Source: Actinomycetes bacterium
GTDB lineage: Bacteria > Actinomycetota > UBA4738 > HRBIN12
Assembly: GCA_031369745.1 (NCBI GenBank)
Contig: JANMPG010000100.1
Coordinates: 1-47,850 of the forward strand
Direction of reading: 5' to 3'
Length of the DNA stretch: 47,850 nt
Below the pieces are notes generated by a model that was not told where the DNA came from, made no database searches, and saw nothing but the letters and a program-made list of their open reading frames with translations. Of the stretch, positions 26,362-34,377 are shown one piece after another. How positions within the stretch are numbered: the stretch's first letter is position 1; each line of letters opens with the position of its first letter. Both the position numbers and the translations under genes were made by a program.

Positions 26362-26371
26362 CGCAGGGACC

Positions 26372-27277
26372 CTACTCCTCCGGCATGGCGAGTACGTCGG
26401 GGCGCGTGGGGGACTCCGCCATCACGGTGACCGCCACGCCGGCAAGCACGATCGCGCCCCCGATCACGACCTGGAGGCCGGGCCGCTCGCCGAACACAAC
26501 GAACGCGAGGAACGTGGCGCCGACGGCCTCAGCCAGCAGCGCGACCGACACGATCGAGGCCCGCAACTCCCCGAGCAGGTGATTGATGACGGTATGCCCG
26601 AGGAACTGCGGTCCGGCCGTCATCGCCGCGAACAACAGCCACGCCTCGGGCGGATAACCCGCGAACGGCGCACCGGTGGCAAGCATCGCGGCCGCGAGCA
26701 ACACCGCGGCGATCGCGTACACCGACGCCGAATACGGCACCAGCGACAGACCTTGGCGTACCTCACGACCGATCATGACGTAGACCGCCGCGAAGATCGC
26801 GCCCGCGATGGCGAGGACGTCACCGAACACGGGGTTGGATCCCGCCGCGGTGCTTCCCCCCGTGGCGATGGCAACCGCCCCGACGGACGCGACCGCGATC
26901 CCCATCCACCCCTTGCGCGATGTGCGCTCCCCTGTGATCGGCCCGGCCAGGGCCACCCAGATCGGCATCGTCTGCACGAACACGGTGCTCGCCGCCACGC
27001 TTGTGTACGACAACGACGCGATCCACGTCGTGAAGTGCAGGCCGAGTGCGGCACCGGAGGCCACCAGCAACCACCAGTGCCTGCGAGGCAGCGCCCGCAG
27101 CTCCTCGCGATGGCGGAACCACGCCAGTGGCACGAGGATCGCGCTGGCGAGCGCGCATCGATAGAACGCGATGGCCAGCGTCGGGACATCGAGCTCGTCC
27201 GCGGCGCGGATCAGGACCGCCGAGGTGGACACGGCGGTGACGCCGATCACGAGCCATACGATGTGCCGTCGTTGCAT
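26372..27277 (-). CDS. EamA/DMT family transporter
   Basis: There are about ten hydrophobic helices in two EamA-like halves. The start was set at MQRRHIVW, because the long N-terminal extension in the track is antisense to gpsA. Confidence 0.85.
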   Translation of the reverse strand: MQRRHIVWLVIGVTAVSTSAVLIRAADELDVPTLAIAFYRCALASAILVPLAWFRHREELRALPRRHWWLLVASGAALGLHFTTWIASLSYTSVAASTVFVQTMPIWVALAGPITGERTSRKGWMGIAVASVGAVAIATGGSTAAGSNPVFGDVLAIAGAIFAAVYVMIGREVRQGLSLVPYSASVYAIAAVLLAAAMLATGAPFAGYPPEAWLLFAAMTAGPQFLGHTVINHLLGELRASIVSVALLAEAVGATFLAFVVFGERPGLQVVIGGAIVLAGVAVTVMAESPTRPDVLAMPEE

Positions 27278-27298
27278 GCGCCCGATTATCGTTGCCCC
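27278..27298. promoter_or_regulatory. 21-bp divergent spacer with overlapping -10-like hexamers for both flanking genes
   Basis: TATCGT (27287-27292, TANNNT type) ends 6 nt before the gpsA GTG. On the other strand GATAAT (27285-27290) ends 7 nt before the transporter ATG. There is no room for an SD on either side. Confidence 0.45.
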
Positions 27299-28291
27299 GT
27301 GACGCGAACCGCGGTGTTCGGGGCAGGAGCCATGGGCACCGCCATGGCCATGCATGCCGCGCGTCAGGGTCACGACGTCACCCTGTGGGGCTCCTCGCAT
27401 GACTCCTGGGCGTTGCAGCACCTCCTGTCCGACGGGAAACATCCACTCCTGCCCGAGCATCTCCCCACCGGCATCCGGGTCTGTGGCCCCGACGATCTCG
27501 CGTCGGCGGCGGCCGATGCGCGGTTCCTCATCCTGGGCGCCAACTCTCACGGAGCCCGGTCCCTCGCGCGACTGATCAAGGATCACATCGACGGCGCGTT
27601 TGTCGCGGTCACCGTCGCCAAGGGTCTGGAGCCCGACACGGGTAAGCGGATGTCCGAGGTATACGCCGAGGAGCTCGCCGGCACGCCGATCGTGACGGTC
27701 GGAGGTCCCTGCCTGGCCGCCGAGCTCGCGGAGGGACTTCCGACCGCCAGTGTGTGGGCCGGCGCCTCGCTCACGCTCGCACGCGAGGCAGGGCAACCAT
27801 TCGATGCGGCCAGCTATCAGCTGACCTATTCCGACGACATGATCGGCGTGGAGCTGTGCGCCATGATGAAGAACGTCGCCGCGATCGGCCTCGGCATGCT
27901 CGACGGCATCGGCAAGCCCGCGGGAGAGGACTTCAAGAACGCGAAGGCGGCGCTGTTCACGAAAGCGGCGCACGAGATCGTCGATCTGGTCAGCGCGTGT
28001 GGCGGTCGCGCCGAGACGGCCTTCGGCCTCGCGGGCATCGGCGACCAACTGGTCACGTCGCTGGGAGGCCGCAACCGGCTCTACGGTGAGCTCGTCGGGG
28101 CCGGCGAGCCGCCCGCTGCGACGCTGCGCGGTCTCGAAGAGCGCGGCATGACCGTGGAAGGGGTCGACTCGACCCGAGATGTGGCCCGTTTGGCCGACGA
28201 ACACAGCCTCGATCTGCCCTACCATGCGGCGATCCACCGTGTGCTCTTTGAGGGCGCCGACCCTCGCGACATTTTGGAGGTCCTGAGATGA
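27299..28291 (+). CDS. gpsA: NAD(P)H-dependent glycerol-3-phosphate dehydrogenase
   Basis: [25 protein letters not shown] is the Rossmann motif. The VAKGLE and [14 protein letters not shown] motifs are present. The GTG start at 27299 is needed to retain the Rossmann fold. Confidence 0.85.
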   Translation: MTRTAVFGAGAMGTAMAMHAARQGHDVTLWGSSHDSWALQHLLSDGKHPLLPEHLPTGIRVCGPDDLASAAADARFLILGANSHGARSLARLIKDHIDGAFVAVTVAKGLEPDTGKRMSEVYAEELAGTPIVTVGGPCLAAELAEGLPTASVWAGASLTLAREAGQPFDAASYQLTYSDDMIGVELCAMMKNVAAIGLGMLDGIGKPAGEDFKNAKAALFTKAAHEIVDLVSACGGRAETAFGLAGIGDQLVTSLGGRNRLYGELVGAGEPPAATLRGLEERGMTVEGVDSTRDVARLADEHSLDLPYHAAIHRVLFEGADPRDILEVLR

Positions 28292-29277
28292 GACAGCTCC
28301 CCGATCGCAACCTCGCGATGGAACTCGCCCGTGTCACCGAAGCTGCCGCGCTTGCGGCGGGCCGGTGGGTGGGGCGCGGCGACAAGATCGCTGCCGACGG
28401 CGCGGCCGTCGATGCGATGCGCCTGATGATCGACTCGGTGTCGATGGACGGCGTCGTCGTGATCGGTGAGGGCGAGAAGGACGAAGCGCCGATGCTGTTC
28501 AACGGCGAGCGCGTCGGCATCGGGGCGGGACCGCAGACCGATGTCGCCGTCGACCCGATCGACGGCACGACGCTGACGAGCGTGGGTCAGCCAAACGCCT
28601 TGTCCGTGATCGCGCTCGCGCCGCGCGGCTCGATGTTCTTCCCCGGTGCCGCGATGTACATGGAAAAGATCGCTACCGGGCCGGAGGCCGCCGACGCGAT
28701 CGACATCGAGGCGCCGGTGGCGGAGAACATCCGCCAGGTGGCAAAGGCCAAGGGCAAGCGCCCCGAAGAGGTGACGGTGACGATCTTGGACCGCCCCCGT
28801 CACACGGAGATGATCGCGGAGATCCGTGCGGCCGGCGCCCGCGTGCTGCTGATCACCGATGGCGACGTCGCGGGCGCGATCGTGGCCGCGATCCCGAGAA
28901 CCGAGGTCGATCTGCTGATGGGCATCGGCGGCACGCCCGAAGGCGTGGTGTCCGCGGCAGCCCTCAAGTGCCTGGGCGGCGCGATCCAGGGCAAGCTCTA
29001 CCCGCGCAACGATGAGGAACGGCAGTCGCTGCTGAACGACGGGTTCGACCTCGATCAGGTGCTCGACGCCGACGTGCTGGCGGCCGGCGACGACCTGTTC
29101 TTCGCTGCGACCGGGATCACCGACGGCTACCTGCTCGACGGTGTGAAGTACTGGCCCGATGGGGCCACGACCTATTCGATGGTGATGCGCTCTCGATCGG
29201 GCACGATCCGCTACGTGAAGTCCGACCACCGGTTCGAAAAGCTCGAGCGCTTTTCCTCGATCGAGTACCGGCCCTAG
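28288..29277 (+). CDS. glpX: Class II fructose-1,6-bisphosphatase
   Basis: It has whole-length GlpX-like sequence ([44 protein letters not shown]). It overlaps gpsA by ATGA. Confidence 0.92.
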   Translation: MRQLPDRNLAMELARVTEAAALAAGRWVGRGDKIAADGAAVDAMRLMIDSVSMDGVVVIGEGEKDEAPMLFNGERVGIGAGPQTDVAVDPIDGTTLTSVGQPNALSVIALAPRGSMFFPGAAMYMEKIATGPEAADAIDIEAPVAENIRQVAKAKGKRPEEVTVTILDRPRHTEMIAEIRAAGARVLLITDGDVAGAIVAAIPRTEVDLLMGIGGTPEGVVSAAALKCLGGAIQGKLYPRNDEERQSLLNDGFDLDQVLDADVLAAGDDLFFAATGITDGYLLDGVKYWPDGATTYSMVMRSRSGTIRYVKSDHRFEKLERFSSIEYRP

Positions 29278-29486
29278 CCCACGATCGCGTACACGCCGGT
29301 CGCGGTCTTCGTGATCCGGCCATCGGCGACGAGCGCACGTACCGCCGTCAAGACGTCGTTACGCACGTTGGGCGTCGAGAACGGGTCGAGGAGACCGGCG
29401 CGCAACGCGCGATCTTGGATCACCGTCCAGTGCAGTGGCTCGCCGGCCTCGCCGAGCACATGCACGACGGCTTCACCCGGCGTCAT
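29274..29486 (-). CDS. Small winged-helix protein (HARE-HTH-like), 70 aa
   Basis: [28 protein letters not shown]...[15 protein letters not shown] follows the pattern of HARE-HTH / delta-subunit-like domains. The start was placed at the ATGA overlap with the upstream oxidoreductase. Confidence 0.5.
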   Translation of the reverse strand: MTPGEAVVHVLGEAGEPLHWTVIQDRALRAGLLDPFSTPNVRNDVLTAVRALVADGRITKTATGVYAIVG

Positions 29487-30475
29487 CGGGACACGAGCGC
29501 CTCGGCGAACAGGTCGACCTGTTCGGGCTCGTGCACGCTGAACGGCAGCGTCCACGGCGACACGATCAACTCGTCGACACCGAGGTCGGCGAACGAGGCG
29601 GCCCGCTCACGGATCTGTTCGAGGGAGCCGCTCAGGGTGTCGGCGCGCCAGCTTTCCCATGTCTCGCCTCGCATGGCATCGCCGGGGAACGCGGCCCGTG
29701 CTCGCTCAAACGTTGCTCGAGCCTCGTGTTCGGTGCGTCCGGCGATGCCGTAGAACCCGACCGACAGACCGAACGTGACCGGGTCGCGCCCGACATCGGC
29801 ACAGGCCGCGTGCACGGCTTCTAGCGCGGTCACGTAGTTGTCGCGAGTCATCCGCCACACGACGTTCCATCCGGTCGCCGCACGAGCCGCGAGACGCAAC
29901 AGACGCGGCCCCCCCTTGCCACCGAGCCACAGCGGGATGGGAGCCTGCACCGGGGGCGGCGTCAGGCGCCCGCCGAGCATCGACCACGTGGCGCCTTCGT
30001 GGGTGAGCGGATCGACGCCGGCGAACGATCCGCCGACGATCGCCACCGCGTCCTGCAGCGCATCGAAACGCTCCCCGATCGGTGCGAACGGGTAGCCGAA
30101 GGCATCGAACTCCTGCTCGAGCCAACCCGCTCCCAGGCCGATCTCGACCCGTCCGCCCGAGATCTGATCGATCGTCGCTGCAGCCTTGGCCACCAGCGCG
30201 GGGTGCCGGAACCGGGCGCACAGCACGATGACCCCCAACCGCACGCGCTCGGTGCGCGCCGCGAGCCCGGCCATCGTCGTGAGCGGCTCGAGCGCTGCGA
30301 TCGGCGCGTCGCCCGCTCCATACCGCGCGAACGAGTACAGGAAATGATCCGACAGCCACACCGAGTCGAACCCGAGCTCCTCCGCCCGGATCGCCCAGGT
30401 CGCGGCGTCGGCGAACGTGATCGCACCGGCAGGAAGTGAGAACCCGTATTGGGGGATGGCCAGGCCGACACGCAT
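29483..30475 (-). CDS. Luciferase-like monooxygenase family oxidoreductase (probably F420-dependent)
   Basis: MRVGLAIPQYG, GFDSVWLSDHF and GGRVEIGLGAGW are typical of LLM class F420-dependent enzymes. Confidence 0.85.
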   Translation of the reverse strand: MRVGLAIPQYGFSLPAGAITFADAATWAIRAEELGFDSVWLSDHFLYSFARYGAGDAPIAALEPLTTMAGLAARTERVRLGVIVLCARFRHPALVAKAAATIDQISGGRVEIGLGAGWLEQEFDAFGYPFAPIGERFDALQDAVAIVGGSFAGVDPLTHEGATWSMLGGRLTPPPVQAPIPLWLGGKGGPRLLRLAARAATGWNVVWRMTRDNYVTALEAVHAACADVGRDPVTFGLSVGFYGIAGRTEHEARATFERARAAFPGDAMRGETWESWRADTLSGSLEQIRERAASFADLGVDELIVSPWTLPFSVHEPEQVDLFAEALVSR

Positions 30476-30521
30476 CGCCTCAGAGCGCATAGAAGGCAGG
30501 ATACGGCGCCTCGAGGCCAGA

Positions 30522-31316
30522 CTAGGGGGACGCCGACGCGACGGCGGTTTCGGCGGCAAGGGTGCCCCGCAACACGACGCGGCCACGCGCATCTCGCACG
30601 ATGACATCGATGAAGCCGGCCAGGCTGACGTCGAGCGCCCGCGCTGCCGTTGCTCCCCCGGCCGAGTCCAGACGCCTGATGGCGCCGAGCTCGAGCGTGC
30701 GACCACGCGCGTTGGCGATCGACAGCGCGAGCGGCGCCGAGCGGCGCGACAGGTCGTGCACGATGACGATCACCTGATCCTGTGACGCGGGCGACACGAT
30801 CGTCAGGCCCGACCCCGTGCCAGACGCATCGTCCGACGCGGCCAAGAGCCCGGTGAAGACCTCAGCGCCCGGGTCGGCGAATCGAGCCGACGCGACCGCA
30901 TCGCCGAAGCTCTCGAGCTCCTGCTGGTTCTGCAGCGCGATACGCTCGGCCTGCAACCGCAGGCGTTCGGCGCGATTGGCCATCACCGCGCCCACCCCCA
31001 GCGTCGCCACCAGGAGGGCGGCCGCGATGAGCGTCACGCCGGCGCGGCGGCTTCGGGTGGGACGATCCCGCGTCGGCGAGGCGCGGCGCGCAGCCCCGCG
31101 TACCGCGTCGACCACGCGCAGCTCGAGCCCCGGATCCGCCGCATCGACCGGTGGGAGGGCGTAGCCGAACGCGGTAACCGCGCGCTGGAGCTCCAGGGTC
31201 TCCTTGCGGCAGGCGGCGCACTGTTCGACATGCAGCTCGATCGCAGAGACATCGCCGCCGGGCGCCACACCGAGGGCGAACTCGGGTAGGACGTCACGGA
31301 CTGCCGAGCAGTTCAT
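30522..31316 (-). CDS. Anti-sigma factor (zf-HC2 type, single-pass membrane)
   Basis: The H-x3-C-x2-C motif is HVEQCAAC. The TM helix is VTLIAAALLVATLGVGAVMA. It overlaps the sigma factor gene by ATGA. Confidence 0.8.
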   Translation of the reverse strand: MNCSAVRDVLPEFALGVAPGGDVSAIELHVEQCAACRKETLELQRAVTAFGYALPPVDAADPGLELRVVDAVRGAARRASPTRDRPTRSRRAGVTLIAAALLVATLGVGAVMANRAERLRLQAERIALQNQQELESFGDAVASARFADPGAEVFTGLLAASDDASGTGSGLTIVSPASQDQVIVIVHDLSRRSAPLALSIANARGRTLELGAIRRLDSAGGATAARALDVSLAGFIDVIVRDARGRVVLRGTLAAETAVASASP

Positions 31317-31885
31317 ATGTATTCCTTGTGTTCGTTGGCCTTGCGCACCTTGATCAGCGCCGATCGAAGACGCGTCTTGACCGTCCCCAGAGGGATCCCG
31401 TCGTTCTCGGAGATCTCGCGCGCCGTCATACCTCTGAAGTACGTACGAACGACCAGGCGACGCTCTGCATCGGACAAACCGGCGATCGCCCGCAACGCCG
31501 CGTCGCGCTCCAACAAGAGGTCTTCATCCACCGATTGCGCCGATTCCGGCACCTCATCGACCAAGACGAGCTTGGGCCTGGTCACGCCAGTGTCACGCCG
31601 TAGGCGATCGACCGCCAGGTTGTGGGCGATCGTCATCAGCCACGTCGAGAGCCGACCCCGGTGCGGGTCGAACCGGGCAGCCTTGCGCCAGGCGGTGACG
31701 AACACGTCCTGGGTCAGTTCCTCAGCCGCCTCGCGCGATCCCAACAGTCGCAGCCCCATCGTGTAGACAGGGCGGCCGAAACGCGCATACAGCGCACGGA
31801 TCGCGGCGTCGTCGCCGGCGAGAAGCCCTTCCATGAGTTGTTGCTCCTCCCGAGGGAGAAGTGGTCCGTCGCTGCGTCCCTGCAC
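31313..31885 (-). CDS. ECF-type RNA polymerase sigma factor
   Basis: The region 2 motif is ELTQDVFVTAWRK and the region 4.2 HTH is TAREISENDGIPLGTVKTRLRSAL. The GTG start at 31885 is preferred, and the ATG at 31834 is possible. The 699-aa track ORF is mostly antisense to nfeD. Confidence 0.88.
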   Translation of the reverse strand: MQGRSDGPLLPREEQQLMEGLLAGDDAAIRALYARFGRPVYTMGLRLLGSREAAEELTQDVFVTAWRKAARFDPHRGRLSTWLMTIAHNLAVDRLRRDTGVTRPKLVLVDEVPESAQSVDEDLLLERDAALRAIAGLSDAERRLVVRTYFRGMTAREISENDGIPLGTVKTRLRSALIKVRKANEHKEYI

Positions 31886-32098
31886 GGCGGGTCCTTCCGG
31901 TGATACGCACGGCGGGCGCCGACAGGCTTGCCGGGGCTTCCCTACCGATGGTCGCATGGAGTTCGCCGCAGTGCCACCCGTCGGTGGGGTATCGATCCCC
32001 TCAGACACACCAAAAGCGTAGGCTCGCAACCGAAGCACAACATCGCGAGAACCCTCACGCGGAGCCTGGCGAACGCCGATCGCAAGAGGAGAAGACGG

Positions 32099-33463
32099 AT
32101 GCAACGCAGGGGGACGGCACGGGTCACCGCCGGGATCGGGCTGCTGGCGTGCGCCGCGCTCCTCGCGATCGCGTCTCCCGCGAGCGCGCAGACCGCGCAG
32201 CCCGTCGTCGTCTCGGTCGAGCTCACCGGAGTGGTCGACCCGCTCATCGCAGACCACATCGGCTCCGCGATCTCGCGCGCGACCGACGAGGGTGCCGCCG
32301 CCGTCTTGATCATGATCGACACCCCTGGTGGGCTCAGCTCGTCGATGGACGAGATCGATCAGGCGATCTTGAACAGCACCGTGCCGGTGATCGGATATGT
32401 CGCGCCCAGCGGCGCCCGAGCCGCATCCGCCGGCGCCTTGGTCTTGCTCTCGTGCCCCGTCGCGGCGATGGCCCCCGGCACCAATGTGGGCGCATCGACG
32501 CCGATCGGGTTGTCGGGTGGAGATCTCGCCCGCAAGGTGCGCAACGATGCCGCCGCGTCGATCCGCAAGCTCGCGCAGACCTACGGTCGAAACGAAGACG
32601 TCGCCGAGTCGTTCGTGACCGAGGCTGTCAGCATCACTGCCCAGGAAGCGCTCGACGCCGATGTGATCGATCTGATCTCTCCCAGCGTGGCAGATCTGCT
32701 CACGCAGCTCGATGGCGAGACGGTCACGCTCGGCACCGGCGCGACGGCCACGCTGCACACTGCCGACGCGCAGATCGTGGAGGACCCGATGGGGGCGTTC
32801 GTCGGGTTCCTGCACACGCTGCTTGACCCCAACCTCGCGTTCATCTTCTTCTGGCTGGGGCTCGGTCTTATCGTGCTCGAGCTGATCGTGCCGGGGCATA
32901 TCTTCTCGGGCACCATCGGCACGCTGATGCTGATCACGGCCTTCGTGTCGTTCGGCGTACTGCCCGTGCGCTTCATCGGCATCGCCCTGCTCGTGTTGTC
33001 CGTCGTCGGCTTCGTGATCGAACTGAAGGCGCCGGGACTCGGTGTCTGGGGAGTGGTCGGCATGATCGCGCTGCTCCTCGGCGGCTGGTTCCTCTATGAC
33101 CGCAGCACGGGGGTGCACGTGTCGCCGGCCGTGCTGGCCGGCGTGGCGATCTTCGCCGGGGTGTTCTTCGGGCTGGTGGTCGCCAAGGCCTTGCAGATCC
33201 GCAACGTGCCACCATCGCAACTCCGCGTGATCGTTGGCGCCGAAGGCGTTGCGCTCGCCTCGGGCGTCGGCCCAACCGGCGGTCTCGTCCGGGTCGCCGC
33301 CGAGGAGTGGAACGCCATCGCCCCCGCCGGGACGATCCCCGGTGGCGCCCCCGTACACGTCATATCGCTCGACGGCCTCGTGCTCACCGTCGAACCCGTC
33401 ACCATTGAGCACGCGACGGTCGGGCAGGCAGCGCCGATCGAGGAAGGGGGAACCGCCACATGA
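32099..33463 (+). CDS. nfeD: NfeD family membrane-bound ClpP-class serine protease
   Basis: It has a signal peptide, a ClpP-like domain (IMIDTPGGLSSSM, ARAASAGALV), several TM helices and a C-terminal OB-like NfeD domain. An SD AAGAGGAGAAG lies upstream. Confidence 0.85.
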   Translation: MQRRGTARVTAGIGLLACAALLAIASPASAQTAQPVVVSVELTGVVDPLIADHIGSAISRATDEGAAAVLIMIDTPGGLSSSMDEIDQAILNSTVPVIGYVAPSGARAASAGALVLLSCPVAAMAPGTNVGASTPIGLSGGDLARKVRNDAAASIRKLAQTYGRNEDVAESFVTEAVSITAQEALDADVIDLISPSVADLLTQLDGETVTLGTGATATLHTADAQIVEDPMGAFVGFLHTLLDPNLAFIFFWLGLGLIVLELIVPGHIFSGTIGTLMLITAFVSFGVLPVRFIGIALLVLSVVGFVIELKAPGLGVWGVVGMIALLLGGWFLYDRSTGVHVSPAVLAGVAIFAGVFFGLVVAKALQIRNVPPSQLRVIVGAEGVALASGVGPTGGLVRVAAEEWNAIAPAGTIPGGAPVHVISLDGLVLTVEPVTIEHATVGQAAPIEEGGTAT

Positions 33464-34377
33464 GCCCCGCGCTCATCATCGTCGGACTCGTCGTGCTGTT
33501 CACCGTGCTGGTGCTGGCCAAGGCCATCCGGATCATCCCGGAGTACCAGCGCATCGTTGTGTTCCGTTTGGGCAAGCTCCTCGCCACGAAGGGTCCGGGC
33601 TTGGTGTGGCTGTTCCCCTTCGTCGACAAAGGAACCATCGTCGACCTGCGAGAGTTCTACCTGGAGATCCCACGACAGGACTCGATCACCAAGGACAACG
33701 CGGCGATCTCAATCGACTTCATCATGTACTACAAGGTCTTTGACCCCGCGATGTCGGTGATCCAGGTCTCGAACTTCGCGGGTGCTGCCACGAACATCGC
33801 CGCGACGACGCTGCGTGCGGTGATCGGTGACATCTCGCTGGACGACGTGTTGGCCAAACGCGACGAGATCAACATCGTGCTGCGCGTGAAGCTCGATGAG
33901 GTCACCGAGCGCTGGGGCGTGAAGGTCACGAACGTGGAGATCCGAGAGATCATCCCGCCGCCGTCCGTGCAAGAGGCCATGACCCGTCAGATGTCGGCCG
34001 AGCGCACGCGGCGTGCAGTGGTTACCGAGGCCGAAGGAGCGAAATCCGCCTCGATCACGGTGGCGGAGGGCAACAAGACGGCCGCCGTGCTCAACGCCGA
34101 GGGCGCCAAACAGTCGGCGATCTTGACGGCCGAAGGTGACCGGCAGGCCGCGATCTTGCGTGCCGAGGGATTCGCGCTGGCGCTGACGAAGATCAACGAG
34201 TCGGCCAGTGGAGCCGACGTGCGCACGATGCAGCTGCAATACCTCGATGCCCTCAAGCAGGTCGGCACCTCGCCCTCGTCGAAGGTGGTCGTCCCGATGG
34301 AGCTGTCCGGCCTCGTGGGTGCGGTGACCGCGTTCGCCGAGGCTGCCTCGACGAACGATCAGGAGGGCCGAACCTAG
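33460..34377 (+). CDS. SPFH/band-7 (stomatin-like) protein
   Basis: An N-terminal TM helix is followed by RIIPEYQRIVVFRLGK and the SPFH core, then an Ala/Glu-rich coiled coil. It overlaps nfeD by ATGA. Confidence 0.9.
   Translation: MSPALIIVGLVVLFTVLVLAKAIRIIPEYQRIVVFRLGKLLATKGPGLVWLFPFVDKGTIVDLREFYLEIPRQDSITKDNAAISIDFIMYYKVFDPAMSVIQVSNFAGAATNIAATTLRAVIGDISLDDVLAKRDEINIVLRVKLDEVTERWGVKVTNVEIREIIPPPSVQEAMTRQMSAERTRRAVVTEAEGAKSASITVAEGNKTAAVLNAEGAKQSAILTAEGDRQAAILRAEGFALALTKINESASGADVRTMQLQYLDALKQVGTSPSSKVVVPMELSGLVGAVTAFAEAASTNDQEGRT

Noticed and set aside
31886-32098. An ECF-type promoter (GGAAC-N16/17-CGT) in the sigma/nfeD divergent spacer
   Set aside because: I found only loose resemblances (GAGAACC...GAACGCC) with wrong spacing or bases. 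I cannot support a promoter call without the motif for this ECF group.
31886-33412. The upstream part of the 699-aa minus-strand ORF (31313-33412), and similar very long ORFs: 26237-27298 plus, 27278-28237 minus, 12190-12948 minus, 8926-9480 minus, 35936-38107 minus, 39419-41083 plus, 16731-18281 minus, 14940-16337 plus, 13818-14933 minus
   Set aside because: Their translations are low-complexity Arg/Gly/Pro/Asp-rich strings typical of off-frame or antisense reading of high-GC coding DNA. Each lies opposite or out of frame to a gene with clear family motifs. Where the long ORF does contain a real gene, only the motif-bearing 3' portion with a sensible start was kept.
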